Shown here piece after piece: positions 1 through 9,541 of a DNA stretch of 64,000 nucleotides. A program made the translations under genes and the position numbers. Below the pieces are notes generated by a model, which worked only from the letters and a program-made list of their open reading frames with translations, was not told the origin of the DNA and searched no databases. Source of the DNA: Candidatus Poribacteria bacterium (lineage in GTDB: Bacteria; Poribacteria; WGA-4E; PCPOR2b); NCBI GenBank assembly GCA_965208325.1, contig OZ242326.1, positions 544,001-608,000 of the forward strand, given 5' to 3'. Position 1 is the first letter of the stretch, and each line of letters begins with the position of its first letter.

Positions 1-258
1 ATAATTAAATGGGCGGGACGTGTTCAGAATTGCCTAGCGATTTAATCGCGCAAGTGTAGCAGTATTTCCAGGCTACGTCAACCGTAAAGGACGCTGTCAC
101 CCATGTGTAACTTCGTTCTCCTTGTTGCAACTATCCAATCTAATCGTTGTATGTGGGAATCATGTTCCTAGGCTTTGCTAACCGACGTTTTGTGGTATAA
201 TTGAAAAGCGCACGCTGCGCGTTTTTCGCTGAAAGACTACAATAGTCGGAGGTACACC

Positions 259-1080
259 GTGAAGATTATCCTGAGCCGAAAAGGGTTTGACAGGAGTAGT
301 GGCGGGTTTCCAAGCCCAGTCTTACCAGACGGGAAATTGCTAAGTCTCCCAATCCCGATAGAAAGCGAAAGTTTGTCATATGACGCGATAAGCGATCCCG
401 AGGAGAAATCGTATTCCAGAATCATTGAGGAGCTAGAGACGGGCGTCCACGTCGAAAACAAAGGAGTTCACCTAGATCCAGATTTAGTGGCGAATGTGCG
501 AGCACGGATGACGGGCTGGCGTCCGGCGTTTGGACAGTGTGGTGCTGCCGGAAGCCATCTAGACAATCGCGGCGTTTCGGAAGGCGATTTATTTCTTTTT
601 TTCGGTTGGTTTCAATATACCAAGACCGTTGCTGGACGCTTGTCGTATCGCGGTGGCATAAACGGTTTTCATGTTATATTCGGCTATATGGAAATAGGCG
701 CAATCGTTCGTTCAAATGCGGAAGTCAAGGAAAAAGGGTGGTTACTCAACCATCCTCATGCCAAACTGGAATGGGCAAATGACAGGATTTATGTCGCGGC
801 GCCGAACCTTAGTTTTCACTCGAAATTACCTGGTAGCGGTGTCTTTGAATTTGACGAGCGGCTCCGCTTAACCAAGAAAGAGGAATTCAGGCGAAGTCGC
901 TGGGATCTCGATCCAAGAGTATTCCGCAACGTAGAAATTTCATACCATTCTCAGGCATCGTGGAAGGATGGATATTTTCAGTCTGCGGGACGGGGGCAAG
1001 AATTTGTCATCAACGCTAATGGAGGCGTCATTCAGTGGGCATCTGATCTCATCAAAGACTGTTGCCTCTGGTCGGATTGA
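259..1080 (+). CDS. Nucleotide modification associated domain 3 (Nmad3)-like protein
   Basis: N-terminal MKIILSRKGFD..GG.PSP..PDG.L.SLPIP, plus HLDPDL, AFGQ.GAA..HL, GDLFLFFGWF, HPH and GRGQEFV motifs typical of Nmad3. GTG start with GGAGG RBS and an upstream TGgTATAAT at 193-201. Confidence 0.75.
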   Translation: MKIILSRKGFDRSSGGFPSPVLPDGKLLSLPIPIESESLSYDAISDPEEKSYSRIIEELETGVHVENKGVHLDPDLVANVRARMTGWRPAFGQCGAAGSHLDNRGVSEGDLFLFFGWFQYTKTVAGRLSYRGGINGFHVIFGYMEIGAIVRSNAEVKEKGWLLNHPHAKLEWANDRIYVAAPNLSFHSKLPGSGVFEFDERLRLTKKEEFRRSRWDLDPRVFRNVEISYHSQASWKDGYFQSAGRGQEFVINANGGVIQWASDLIKDCCLWSD

Positions 1081-1169
1081 TTGATCAGGTCCCCTCCTTT
1101 AACAAGGGGGATAGGGCAAAACGCCATCACGGCAACCGCGAGAATTGTGCCAACAGGAATTGACCAAAC

Positions 1170-1194
1170 GTAGGGGCAGGTACTATGCCTGCCC
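1170..1194 (+). repeat. GTAG-type REP-like palindrome
   Basis: GTAG followed by a 9-bp stem GGGCAGGTA-cta-TGCCTGCCC (one G-T pair). Confidence 0.55.
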
Positions 1195-1202
1195 ACAACA
1201 CT

Positions 1203-1231
1203 TTGTCAACCGAAGCAAACTGTGTTATAAT
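1203..1231 (+). promoter_or_regulatory. Sigma70-type promoter with extended -10
   Basis: TTGTCA(1203-1208)-17 nt-TATAAT(1226-1231), preceded by TGn. Confidence 0.65.
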
Positions 1232-1363
1232 TTATATACTTGATGGTGACGACCGGGTATGTCCTCCCTTGCATTTACTGATTCCCACCGCGGCGTTGCG
1301 CTGAAGGCATTCATCTCTTAAATCTCAGGAATACCGGCAGTCATTAAGCGCGCAGAAACCGTA

Positions 1364-2140
1364 ATGACACAATCCGAATTCAAGTTTCTCGGCATTCACC
1401 ACATCATAGTTTTAATGCTAACGGGTGTAATTCCCCTTGCGCTTTCCGCGTTGGTCCGGCGGGTAAATTCGCACAAACTCACGCGAACTGTTCGCTATAC
1501 ACTGGGAGTTATTTTACTCGGAAATGACATCGTGCACTTGGGTTATCGATTCATCAGGGGTGAGTTTAACCTGTTTCTGCGATATTTCCTCCCGCTCCAC
1601 GTCTGCGGGCTTGCAACATTCGCGACCGCCGCTACGCTTCTTTTCCAGATTCAGACGCTCTACGAGTTCGCCTATTTTTGGGGCCTCGTGGGCACATTCA
1701 ACGCTGTACTGACGCCCCAACTTGAAGTCGGTTTCCCAAATTATCGGGCATTTCAGTATTTTATAGCGCACAGCGGCATCGTTATCGGTGTTCTGTTTTC
1801 AACGCTGGGGCTTCAAATGCGGCCATCGCTCAGGTCCTTATTCCGTTCATTCGCTGTCATTAACCTTCTTGCACTCGTTATCGGCGGCTTTAATTATTTG
1901 GCGTCAGCTAACTACATGTTCCTTTGCGAACCGCCAAAGACGAAATTTCCGGTGTTTAATCCGGAATCTCCGCTCTTTATACCTTGGCCGTTGTACATAC
2001 CGATATTGGACGTTCTCGCGCTCATACTATTCTTCGTTGTTTACTCGCCCTTCCTGATTAGAGATTGGCGGAGGCGTACCGCGGGAAACGCAGATTTCGG
2101 CAATAGCACCACGGATTGCAGCAATCACCTGAGCGAATAG
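1364..2140 (+). CDS. YwaF/TIGR02206-like integral membrane protein
   Basis: Multiple TM helices with LPLHVC, YFWGL.G...A.LTP, YFIAH, ANYMFL and PWPLYI motifs. Confidence 0.8.
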   Translation: MTQSEFKFLGIHHIIVLMLTGVIPLALSALVRRVNSHKLTRTVRYTLGVILLGNDIVHLGYRFIRGEFNLFLRYFLPLHVCGLATFATAATLLFQIQTLYEFAYFWGLVGTFNAVLTPQLEVGFPNYRAFQYFIAHSGIVIGVLFSTLGLQMRPSLRSLFRSFAVINLLALVIGGFNYLASANYMFLCEPPKTKFPVFNPESPLFIPWPLYIPILDVLALILFFVVYSPFLIRDWRRRTAGNADFGNSTTDCSNHLSE

Positions 2141-2258
2141 CGAAGGTACAAGGCGATGAATATTGAGTACGGTAGTCTTCGATAATTTTGTAGGTTGAGG
2201 TCAATTTTCTGACGCCTATAAGCGTAATTTTAGATGCAATTGACTATTGAACAACGCT

Positions 2259-3608
2259 ATGGTTAAGAACGACAGAAAGACTATATTCGGCTGGTGCATG
2301 TACGACTGGGCGAATTCCGCCTATATTACCACAGTAGTCGCGGCGCTTTTGCCAAACTACTTCGCGCGCGTTATCGTCGGCGAAAAGGGCGTCCAAATCG
2401 GAAACACAACGGTCAGCGCCACTGCTTTGTGGGGCGCGATGGCAAGCGTCGCCGCGTTCTTTGTATTTCTGTGCGCCCCCGTATTAGGCGCGATATCGGA
2501 CTTTTCGTCCGCGAAGAAAAAGTTCCTGATATCCTTCGCATACACAGGTAGCGTCGCCGCGGTTTTTCTTTATTTCTGTGGGTCCGGAGATGTCTGGATG
2601 ACCGTGCTCTTCTTTCTAATCTCGCGCATTGGGTTTGTGGGGGCTAACGTGTTCTATGATGGATTCTTGCCTCAAATTGCTTCTGAAGATAAGATAGATT
2701 GGGTATCGGGCAAAGGGTTTTCTTACGGGTACGTCGGCGGAGGACTTCAATTCGCAATGGCGCTGGGGCTAGTCGCCGGCCATGACGCGATCGGCATCAG
2801 TACATCTCTTGCTGCCCGAATCGGAATTGCCATGGCAGGGGTTTGGTGGGCGGGTTTCACGCTGCTAACGTTGAAACACTTGAAAGAGAGCGGCGTTTCA
2901 GAGGAGATTCCGAAACAGTATCAATCCACGTATAAGTTTTTTGCTTATGCCTTCATCGGCGTCACCAGAATCCAGGGGACGTTGAGAAAAGTTCGGCGGT
3001 TCAAGCATCTGTTGCTATTCTTGATAGCCTTCATGATTTATAACGACGGCATCCAGACGGTCATTAGCATGGCGACGATTTACGGAACCGAGGAGTTGGG
3101 CTTGTCAGCGACCGTTTTGATGTTGACCCTGTTGGTAACCCAAATTATCGCCGCTGGAGGCGCATTGTTATTTGGCAGATTGGCTGATAGAATTGGGACA
3201 AAAAACGCCGTAATGCTGTCCCTAGTCTTCTGGAGTGGTGCGGTAACATATGGTTACTTTTTACACACAGCAACTGAATATTTTATACTCGGCGCATCCG
3301 CAGGAATCTTTATGGGAGGTTCCCAAGCACTCAGCCGTTCGCTTTACGGTTCAATGATCCCGGAGCAATCTAGCGCCGAGTTTTACGGCTTCTACTCCGT
3401 ATTTAGCAAATTCTCCGCAATTTGGGGCCCCTTGGCTTTTGGCGCCATTCGGCAAATTACGGGAACAGCGAGATTATCTATCCTTTCATTGATGGTTTTC
3501 TTTATTGTTGGTCTGATTTTGCTCTGGTTCGTCGATGTGGAAAAAGCCCAAGCAGCGAGAGGCAAAAAAGAACTTCTCGGCTCAATCAAATCAATGGAAT
3601 CGCAGTAA
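2259..3608 (+). CDS. MFS transporter, UMF1/Atg22-like family
   Basis: GWCMYDWANSAY, GANVFYD, YNDGIQT, GGSQALSRSLY and EFYGFY motifs; about 12 TM. ATG at 2259 preferred over TTG at 2247. Confidence 0.88.
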   Translation: MVKNDRKTIFGWCMYDWANSAYITTVVAALLPNYFARVIVGEKGVQIGNTTVSATALWGAMASVAAFFVFLCAPVLGAISDFSSAKKKFLISFAYTGSVAAVFLYFCGSGDVWMTVLFFLISRIGFVGANVFYDGFLPQIASEDKIDWVSGKGFSYGYVGGGLQFAMALGLVAGHDAIGISTSLAARIGIAMAGVWWAGFTLLTLKHLKESGVSEEIPKQYQSTYKFFAYAFIGVTRIQGTLRKVRRFKHLLLFLIAFMIYNDGIQTVISMATIYGTEELGLSATVLMLTLLVTQIIAAGGALLFGRLADRIGTKNAVMLSLVFWSGAVTYGYFLHTATEYFILGASAGIFMGGSQALSRSLYGSMIPEQSSAEFYGFYSVFSKFSAIWGPLAFGAIRQITGTARLSILSLMVFFIVGLILLWFVDVEKAQAARGKKELLGSIKSMESQ

Positions 3609-3978
3609 GTTAAGTTTGCTGGAAATTAAAACTGTGCTAGCCGACTCGCGATTCCGATCGCGATTCAATATTCGGTTGAACTTAGGACAATCTGAAACCG
3701 CTCAGAGTACGGTAAGATTAAACGGTCATATCGACGTTCTACACGTTAATTGAATTAAATTTAATTGTAAAATCTGTTAAATTTTGTAAACTTTTGTAAA
3801 CTTCAGTATAATTCTGTCGATTTAAATAATTGCGAGCGCACTGACCCAAAAGTTCAAATCTGCGGCGTGGTACCGCGATTAATTGCTTATAGCGGTTTCT
3901 AGCAAAGATACAAATAGTTAGGATTGTTAATTATGTCAACTAAAATTCAATGCGGAATCTAAAACCGTAAGGGGATTT

Positions 3979-4926
3979 ATGAAATACACTAATGGAACAT
4001 TATTGGCCGTTGGGGCAACTTGTCTGGTATGGCTATTGATGGGATGTCAGGGAGCAACGCTTAATATTCCCGATGTTGGCACGAGTGAAAATCCGCTAGA
4101 AAAATCAGGGGAGTTGTCCAAGAGCGAGGTCTGGGCGGGAAAAATTTTGATTACTGGTAATGTTGTCGTCCCCGGAGGAACGACGTTGACGATTCAACCC
4201 AATTCGATTGTCGGGTTTGATCCTGCTATTGGCGCCCACCAATTGATTGTGTACGGTACGCTGTTCGCGGAGGGCGAGGCAGATCGTTTCATAACCTTTG
4301 GTTCACTTGGAACGGCTGAAAATCCCCCAACAGCTGGGGATTGGCTCGGCATCTTTCTGGGAGAAACGAGCGTAAATTCACGTTTGGTAAACTGCCGAAT
4401 TCGACACGCGGATACCGGTGTTGCCTGCCGATCCGATTCAACGCAGGTCGAAAATTGTCTGATGACCGATAACGAATTGGCAATTCTTTGCGACGATGCA
4501 GCGCCATTGATTTCCCAGAACGAGATTAACAAAAACGGTACCGCCATAAAGTGTATTAACGATGCGGCCCCGGAAATCAGCAGGAACACAATTCAGGCCA
4601 ATGAGTACGGCATTGTTTGCGATGACGATTCCAGAGCGACAATAAATAACAACGAACTTTCCAGTAACTATCAGCATGCCATCGTCTGTTTCGCATTATC
4701 CTCTCCCGAGATTGTCTCAAACAATATTTTCTTAAACGGCGGGTGGGCAGTGTACGATGGCGGCCGATTGCGTGACAATTTCATTCGAGGAAATAATGAA
4801 CGGGGTTCGGACGTCATTGAACATGGAACAGGACGAGACGGCGGACAATACTACGGAGTGGACGAAGTCTTGGACCCGCGTGGTTCGCCCGTTGTTGACG
4901 CTGGCGTGCAGCGTGAGCGGTTCTAG
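3979..4926 (+). CDS. Lipoprotein with right-handed parallel beta-helix repeats
   Basis: Lipobox LLMGC, followed by repeated AI.C....P.I..N.I..N (PbH1/NosD-like) units. Confidence 0.75.
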   Translation: MKYTNGTLLAVGATCLVWLLMGCQGATLNIPDVGTSENPLEKSGELSKSEVWAGKILITGNVVVPGGTTLTIQPNSIVGFDPAIGAHQLIVYGTLFAEGEADRFITFGSLGTAENPPTAGDWLGIFLGETSVNSRLVNCRIRHADTGVACRSDSTQVENCLMTDNELAILCDDAAPLISQNEINKNGTAIKCINDAAPEISRNTIQANEYGIVCDDDSRATINNNELSSNYQHAIVCFALSSPEIVSNNIFLNGGWAVYDGGRLRDNFIRGNNERGSDVIEHGTGRDGGQYYGVDEVLDPRGSPVVDAGVQRERF

Positions 4927-5009
4927 CTAGAATTCGAGAGAATAAATAGCGACGTAAACTCATGCCGGCCTATGTTAAACTAGTTCAAATCGCAAGAACA
5001 TGAGGGAAA

Positions 5010-5789
5010 ATGAAACCTAGGGTTCTCGTCCTACGGACGGCGGGCACAAACTGCGATTATGAAACAGTCTACGCTTTTCAGCTAGCGGGCGCTAAAACAG
5101 ACTTGATTCACATAAACAGTCTTATAGCCGGCCAAACAAAGGTTATGAACTACCATGTTTTGGCAATCCCGGGCGGATTTTCTTATGGAGACGACATCGC
5201 GGCAGGAATTTTGTTCGCAAACCAAATCAAATACAAACTAGCAGATCAGCTAGTAGAATTCGTCGAGTCGGGCCGGTTAATTCTCGGCATCTGCAACGGG
5301 TTTCAGGTGCTTGTAAAAGCGGGATTGTTGCCTCGTCTTGACCGAGGAATCCTGCAACAAGCAACGCTAGCGATGAATGGCTCTGCGAAATTTGAGTGCC
5401 GTTGGGTACATTTGGAAGTAAAGAAGAGTCCATGCGTCTTTACGCAAGGATTAACTCCCCAAATATATCTCCCGGTAGCGCACGCAGAAGGACGTTTCAC
5501 CGCGCCGAACCCTATACTCGATCAAATTGAATCAAATCGGCAGATTGTCTTTCTTTACATTTCGCCGAACGGATACGCGCCGAAATATCCCGATAATCCA
5601 AATGGTTCCGATCGTCATATCGCCGGCATTTGCGACTCAACGGGCAGAATCTTAGGTATTATGCCTCATCCCGAACGCTTTCTCACGCGGTTCAATCATC
5701 CGCGTTGGACGCGAGAGAGATTACCTAAGGGAGGAGACGGATTGTCAATCTTTCGGAACGCCGTGGATTATGCGCAGTCTAACTTGTGA
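5010..5789 (+). CDS. purQ: Phosphoribosylformylglycinamidine synthase subunit PurQ
   Basis: GTNCD, PGGFSYGD, GICNGFQ, AHAEG, NPNGS and MPHPER motifs. Confidence 0.95.
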   Translation: MKPRVLVLRTAGTNCDYETVYAFQLAGAKTDLIHINSLIAGQTKVMNYHVLAIPGGFSYGDDIAAGILFANQIKYKLADQLVEFVESGRLILGICNGFQVLVKAGLLPRLDRGILQQATLAMNGSAKFECRWVHLEVKKSPCVFTQGLTPQIYLPVAHAEGRFTAPNPILDQIESNRQIVFLYISPNGYAPKYPDNPNGSDRHIAGICDSTGRILGIMPHPERFLTRFNHPRWTRERLPKGGDGLSIFRNAVDYAQSNL

Positions 5790-5894
5790 ACATAGGTATA
5801 GCGGATGATATTCTTTTTCGCATCGAGTTTGCTCTTGGATATACAATGAAACAGTTGCAATTTTTTATTTGGAATAATTAAGCGAGTAAAACGA

Positions 5895-6971
5895 ATGACT
5901 ATTCGTCAATTCCTAAGGCCGGATCTCTCAGATTTAAATCCCTATCATGTAGAACAACCGCCCCACCGATTCAAGCTCGATGCAAATGAGTCCCCCTTTG
6001 ACCTACCTACAGAACTTCGTGAAGATATAGCAAACGAGATGAAAAATATCCAATTTCAACGCTACCCGGATCCAAGTTCAGATGCATTGAGAACAGAACT
6101 TTCAGAATATTTGGGTGTCGATAAAGGTCAAATCGTTGTAGGCAATGGTTCCGACGAACTAATCGGTTATTTGGTACTTGCATTTGGGCGCACAGATGCT
6201 TGTGTCTCCTTCCCAACCCCAACGTTTGCAATGTATCACATTTTGGCTCGAATTGCGGGGTTAAAAGCAGTTGGATTTCCGCTTGACGACCAATTTAATC
6301 TGAATGAAGACTCGTGGCAATCACATTTGGATGCCAACAGGTTGAATTTAGCGTTTATCTCAAACCCGAACAATCCTACGAGCAACACTTTTTCCGCTGA
6401 AGTTATCCGCAAGACGCTCTCTCGGTCAGACGCACTTGTTGTGCTTGATGAGGCTTATTGTGAGTTTTCAGGGAAGACCTTTTTCGGCGAATTAAATCGG
6501 TACCCAAATTTAGTTATTGCTCGCACTTTTTCAAAGGCCTACGGACTTGCTGGGTTGCGAATCGGTTACTTGATTGCTCACCCGGAGATTATCAATGAAA
6601 TCAACAAAGTCCGGCTGCCTTACAACCTAAACCGGTTTTCGCAACTGGCTGCGTTGCTTCTATTGAAACAGCACGTACGGCAAGCGCAGAAATCAGAATT
6701 TTCATTGCGGATTCAGGCGATTCTTAAGGAACGCGAGCGCGTTTATGCCGCCTTACAAGCATTGGATGGCGTTTACCCGTTCCCGACAGATGCAAACTTC
6801 ATTCTCTTTCGGACAGAATCGCATGCCGATAAATGGTTCCAGCATATCTTGGATTGTGGAATTCTCGTTCGCAATCTCAGTCGTCCGGGGCCGCTGTTAA
6901 ACTGTTTACGCGTTACGATCGGCACACCCGCGGCGAACTCCAAGTTTCTGGAGGCGATGGCTTCGTATTGA
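5895..6971 (+). CDS. hisC: Histidinol-phosphate aminotransferase
   Basis: LDANESP, RYPD, GNGSDE, NPNNPT, DEAY and RTFSKAYGLAGLRIGY (PLP lysine). Confidence 0.93.
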   Translation: MTIRQFLRPDLSDLNPYHVEQPPHRFKLDANESPFDLPTELREDIANEMKNIQFQRYPDPSSDALRTELSEYLGVDKGQIVVGNGSDELIGYLVLAFGRTDACVSFPTPTFAMYHILARIAGLKAVGFPLDDQFNLNEDSWQSHLDANRLNLAFISNPNNPTSNTFSAEVIRKTLSRSDALVVLDEAYCEFSGKTFFGELNRYPNLVIARTFSKAYGLAGLRIGYLIAHPEIINEINKVRLPYNLNRFSQLAALLLLKQHVRQAQKSEFSLRIQAILKERERVYAALQALDGVYPFPTDANFILFRTESHADKWFQHILDCGILVRNLSRPGPLLNCLRVTIGTPAANSKFLEAMASY

Positions 6972-6984
6972 AAGGCGATTTTTT

Positions 6985-7455
6985 GTGAAAATTAACCTCA
7001 GAAATGCCACGCCGCATTCCATTGATAAGATTCACCGGAGACTGTTGCCTTTCTATATGCGACCAACCGTCTTAGTTGCATTTGTGTTAATTTCCTTGGT
7101 CGGACAGTTTCTGTGGATTATTGGCATCACCATTATCGGCGAAGTCCATTTGTGGGGGTGCAGTTTCGCGTTCGCACTTGGAATTATCCTCGGTTACGTT
7201 CACGGGAAATGGACGGGACGGATGTGGGCTCGCTATTATTTGCGCGTTATAAATCGAGAGATTACGTTTTGGCAGGCGAAAGGTGGAAAGGGAACTTCTA
7301 TATTTGTGCTGCTTGCACTTGGCATTCCAATTTTATGTGCGGCATTTACACGGCTGTCGTTCGACGCATTGGCTGCGGTACAATCATACATTTTCGGTTT
7401 TATCGGCGGGACGAATTTCGCGATTTGTTCGTGGGTTCGAACCTTGCCGAAATAG
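6985..7455 (+). CDS. Hypothetical membrane protein (about 4 TM)
   Basis: Hydrophobic 156-aa ORF starting 13 nt after hisC; no recognised motif. Confidence 0.6.
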   Translation: MKINLRNATPHSIDKIHRRLLPFYMRPTVLVAFVLISLVGQFLWIIGITIIGEVHLWGCSFAFALGIILGYVHGKWTGRMWARYYLRVINREITFWQAKGGKGTSIFVLLALGIPILCAAFTRLSFDALAAVQSYIFGFIGGTNFAICSWVRTLPK

Positions 7456-7562
7456 GATTGATGAATTAAGTGATTTCTTGCCGGGTTTGTTGTTCGGCCT
7501 CAAGAAATAGGAGTTGCGCAGTTGAAGGATAGTGTGTCCTGATTCGCTGCTCCATCAAGAAT

Positions 7563-7584
7563 GCGGGAAAGATGCCCCGCCTAC
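7563..7584 (-). repeat. GTAG-type REP-like palindrome
   Basis: Minus strand reads GTAG-GCGGG-gcatcttt-CCCGC, in a convergent intergenic gap. Confidence 0.45.
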
Positions 7585-7666
7585 AAAGGACGCAGCGTCT
7601 GACAATGCCCTTCGACGCCTTATGAATCGCCAATCTTCAATCTGAAGTGTGTAAGTCCTAAATGTA

Positions 7667-9223
7667 TTAGGAGTCTGACAGTCGGCGGCATTGCCTTTCC
7701 GCTATCCATAACGTCACGAATGAGATTAGCGTCGAAATTAAAACCAAGCGATACGCGCTTGCCTCCCAACCGATTGTAAAATAGTTGAATATTGCCAAGG
7801 ACAAGGTCTGCGTTTTTCCAGGAATGTTACCCGCTACCATCATTGTCGCACCGAACTCGCCGAGACTCTTAGAAAAAGCGAGAATTCCGCCACCCACAAT
7901 TCCGCGATACGATAAAGGTAGAGTCACGGTGAAAAATACTTTCAATGGGTGCGCGCCGAGAGTGCGCGCGGCGCTTTCTAACTTCGGACTCACACCTTCC
8001 ATAGCAGTCACAGCACTTCGGACAAATAGTGGAAATGAAATCACAGAAATCGCTAATACAACCGCGGCCCACGAGAAGATAACCTCTCTGCCTAAAAGTC
8101 GGTATAAAATGCTTCCAAGCGGTCCTGCTCTGCTAAATAGCATCAATAGAAAATACCCGCTAACTACCGGCGGCAGCACTAGAGGCACCATCACTATTGT
8201 ATTGAGGAACGATTTTCCCCGAAATGAGTTCTTCGCGAACGCCCAACTGACGAAGAGTCCGGGTGGGAAAATGAAAACGAGACTTAAAATAGCTACTTTG
8301 ACCGATAGAATCAGGGCGTCAACTTCAGCACTTTTAATAGTCCATAGCCGGTCGGAAGTGCCTCGCTCCACATCTTTTACCACGCCATCCGATACACGCT
8401 GGACGGACTGCGCCATTGAAAATCCATTGCTTTCAAAGATTCCAGTGGCTTCTGATGAATTTAAGTACGCGAGGAATACCTGCGCGAGTGCTTTACGGTC
8501 GGTTGTTTTCATGACTGCTGCGGGATATACTATCGGACTGTGGCTCGAACTGGGAAATTGATAAATCGCCTTGACCGATTTGCTGATTGCCGCATCGGTC
8601 TTATAGACTATCCCCACATCTACTTCACCTGATTCTACATACGCCAATGTTGACCGAACATCTGTGCCAAGAATAAATTTGCTTTGAACATCTTCCCAAA
8701 TCCCTAAACGCAGCAAAGCTTCTCTGCCATAAATGCCCGCAGGCACCGAATGTGGTTCGGCTATAGCAATACGTTCAATTGGCGGTGTAACAAGCATCCG
8801 TGGATCGGAGGCGGAAGGTATACCGTTCAAAGGGGCAATCAATACTAGACTATTGGTCAAAAGATTTCGGCGAGTATCCTCATGAACGCGCTTTTGTGCT
8901 TCAAGGGAATCCATTTGCATAGGGCTGGCGCAAATAAATATATCGGTGTATGCGCCTTTTTCAATCTGCTGCTGCAAGGTCGAAGAACCCGTGAAATTGC
9001 AATGTATTTGAATTCCGGTCTCCAATCGAAAGCGCTTACTGATTTCAGATAGTGCATCCGTCAAGCTAATTGCTGCAAAGACAACTAACTCTCCTTGCCG
9101 AGTTGGCTTTTCTGCCTCACCACTATCGTGTTCGGATTCAAAATGCCTATCGTCTCTGCAACCGGGCAGGAAAAGCAAAAAAAGATTGAGAATTATGAAG
9201 ACTTCAAAGAGGCGCAAATTCAT
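7667..9223 (-). CDS. modAB: Fused molybdate ABC transporter: substrate-binding ModA plus permease ModB
   Basis: Lipobox FLPGC. ModA motifs VFAAISL, GSSTL..QIEKGA, VPAGIYG, VYKTDA and IVYPAA are followed in frame by ModB motifs PLVLPPVVSG, ESAARTLGA and LGEFGATMMVAGNIPGKTQT. Confidence 0.9.
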   Translation of the reverse strand: MNLRLFEVFIILNLFLLFLPGCRDDRHFESEHDSGEAEKPTRQGELVVFAAISLTDALSEISKRFRLETGIQIHCNFTGSSTLQQQIEKGAYTDIFICASPMQMDSLEAQKRVHEDTRRNLLTNSLVLIAPLNGIPSASDPRMLVTPPIERIAIAEPHSVPAGIYGREALLRLGIWEDVQSKFILGTDVRSTLAYVESGEVDVGIVYKTDAAISKSVKAIYQFPSSSHSPIVYPAAVMKTTDRKALAQVFLAYLNSSEATGIFESNGFSMAQSVQRVSDGVVKDVERGTSDRLWTIKSAEVDALILSVKVAILSLVFIFPPGLFVSWAFAKNSFRGKSFLNTIVMVPLVLPPVVSGYFLLMLFSRAGPLGSILYRLLGREVIFSWAAVVLAISVISFPLFVRSAVTAMEGVSPKLESAARTLGAHPLKVFFTVTLPLSYRGIVGGGILAFSKSLGEFGATMMVAGNIPGKTQTLSLAIFNYFTIGWEASAYRLVLISTLISFVTLWIAERQCRRLSDS

Positions 9224-9541
9224 AGCGTTTTGGCCGCTTTCAGCATACTCGTGGTAACCACATATTTAGCGTTTTCTGCCTAAAAGCCGACACATCTCAG
9301 AGCATACACCATAAATGTTGCTCTGTCAATTTAGAAAACTTCTTGATTGCATGCGTGGCGAACGGGTTTTCAACTGTAACATGATTTGCACATGACTATT
9401 TAACGTTGGGCAAGGGAGTGTTGATTCTATTTTGCTTGCAACCGAACTCGTGCTCTGCTAAACTTGCTTTATCCGGTGATTAATGTAATTAGAAAGTGTG
9501 AAAATCACCGATTTAATCGGAAGTAATATAAGGTAGATTTT

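Noticed and set aside
1280..1340. Canonical glycine riboswitch
   Set aside because: Only partial words (CTGAAGG, TCTCAGG) match and the 5' GGAGA element is missing. It is kept only as an unclassified leader.
7785..8561. 258-aa plus-strand ORF
   Set aside because: It is the antisense shadow of modAB and has no motifs of its own.
9224..9541. Moco riboswitch or ModE box upstream of modAB
   Set aside because: Only short generic hairpins are present, with no match to the consensus features I recall.
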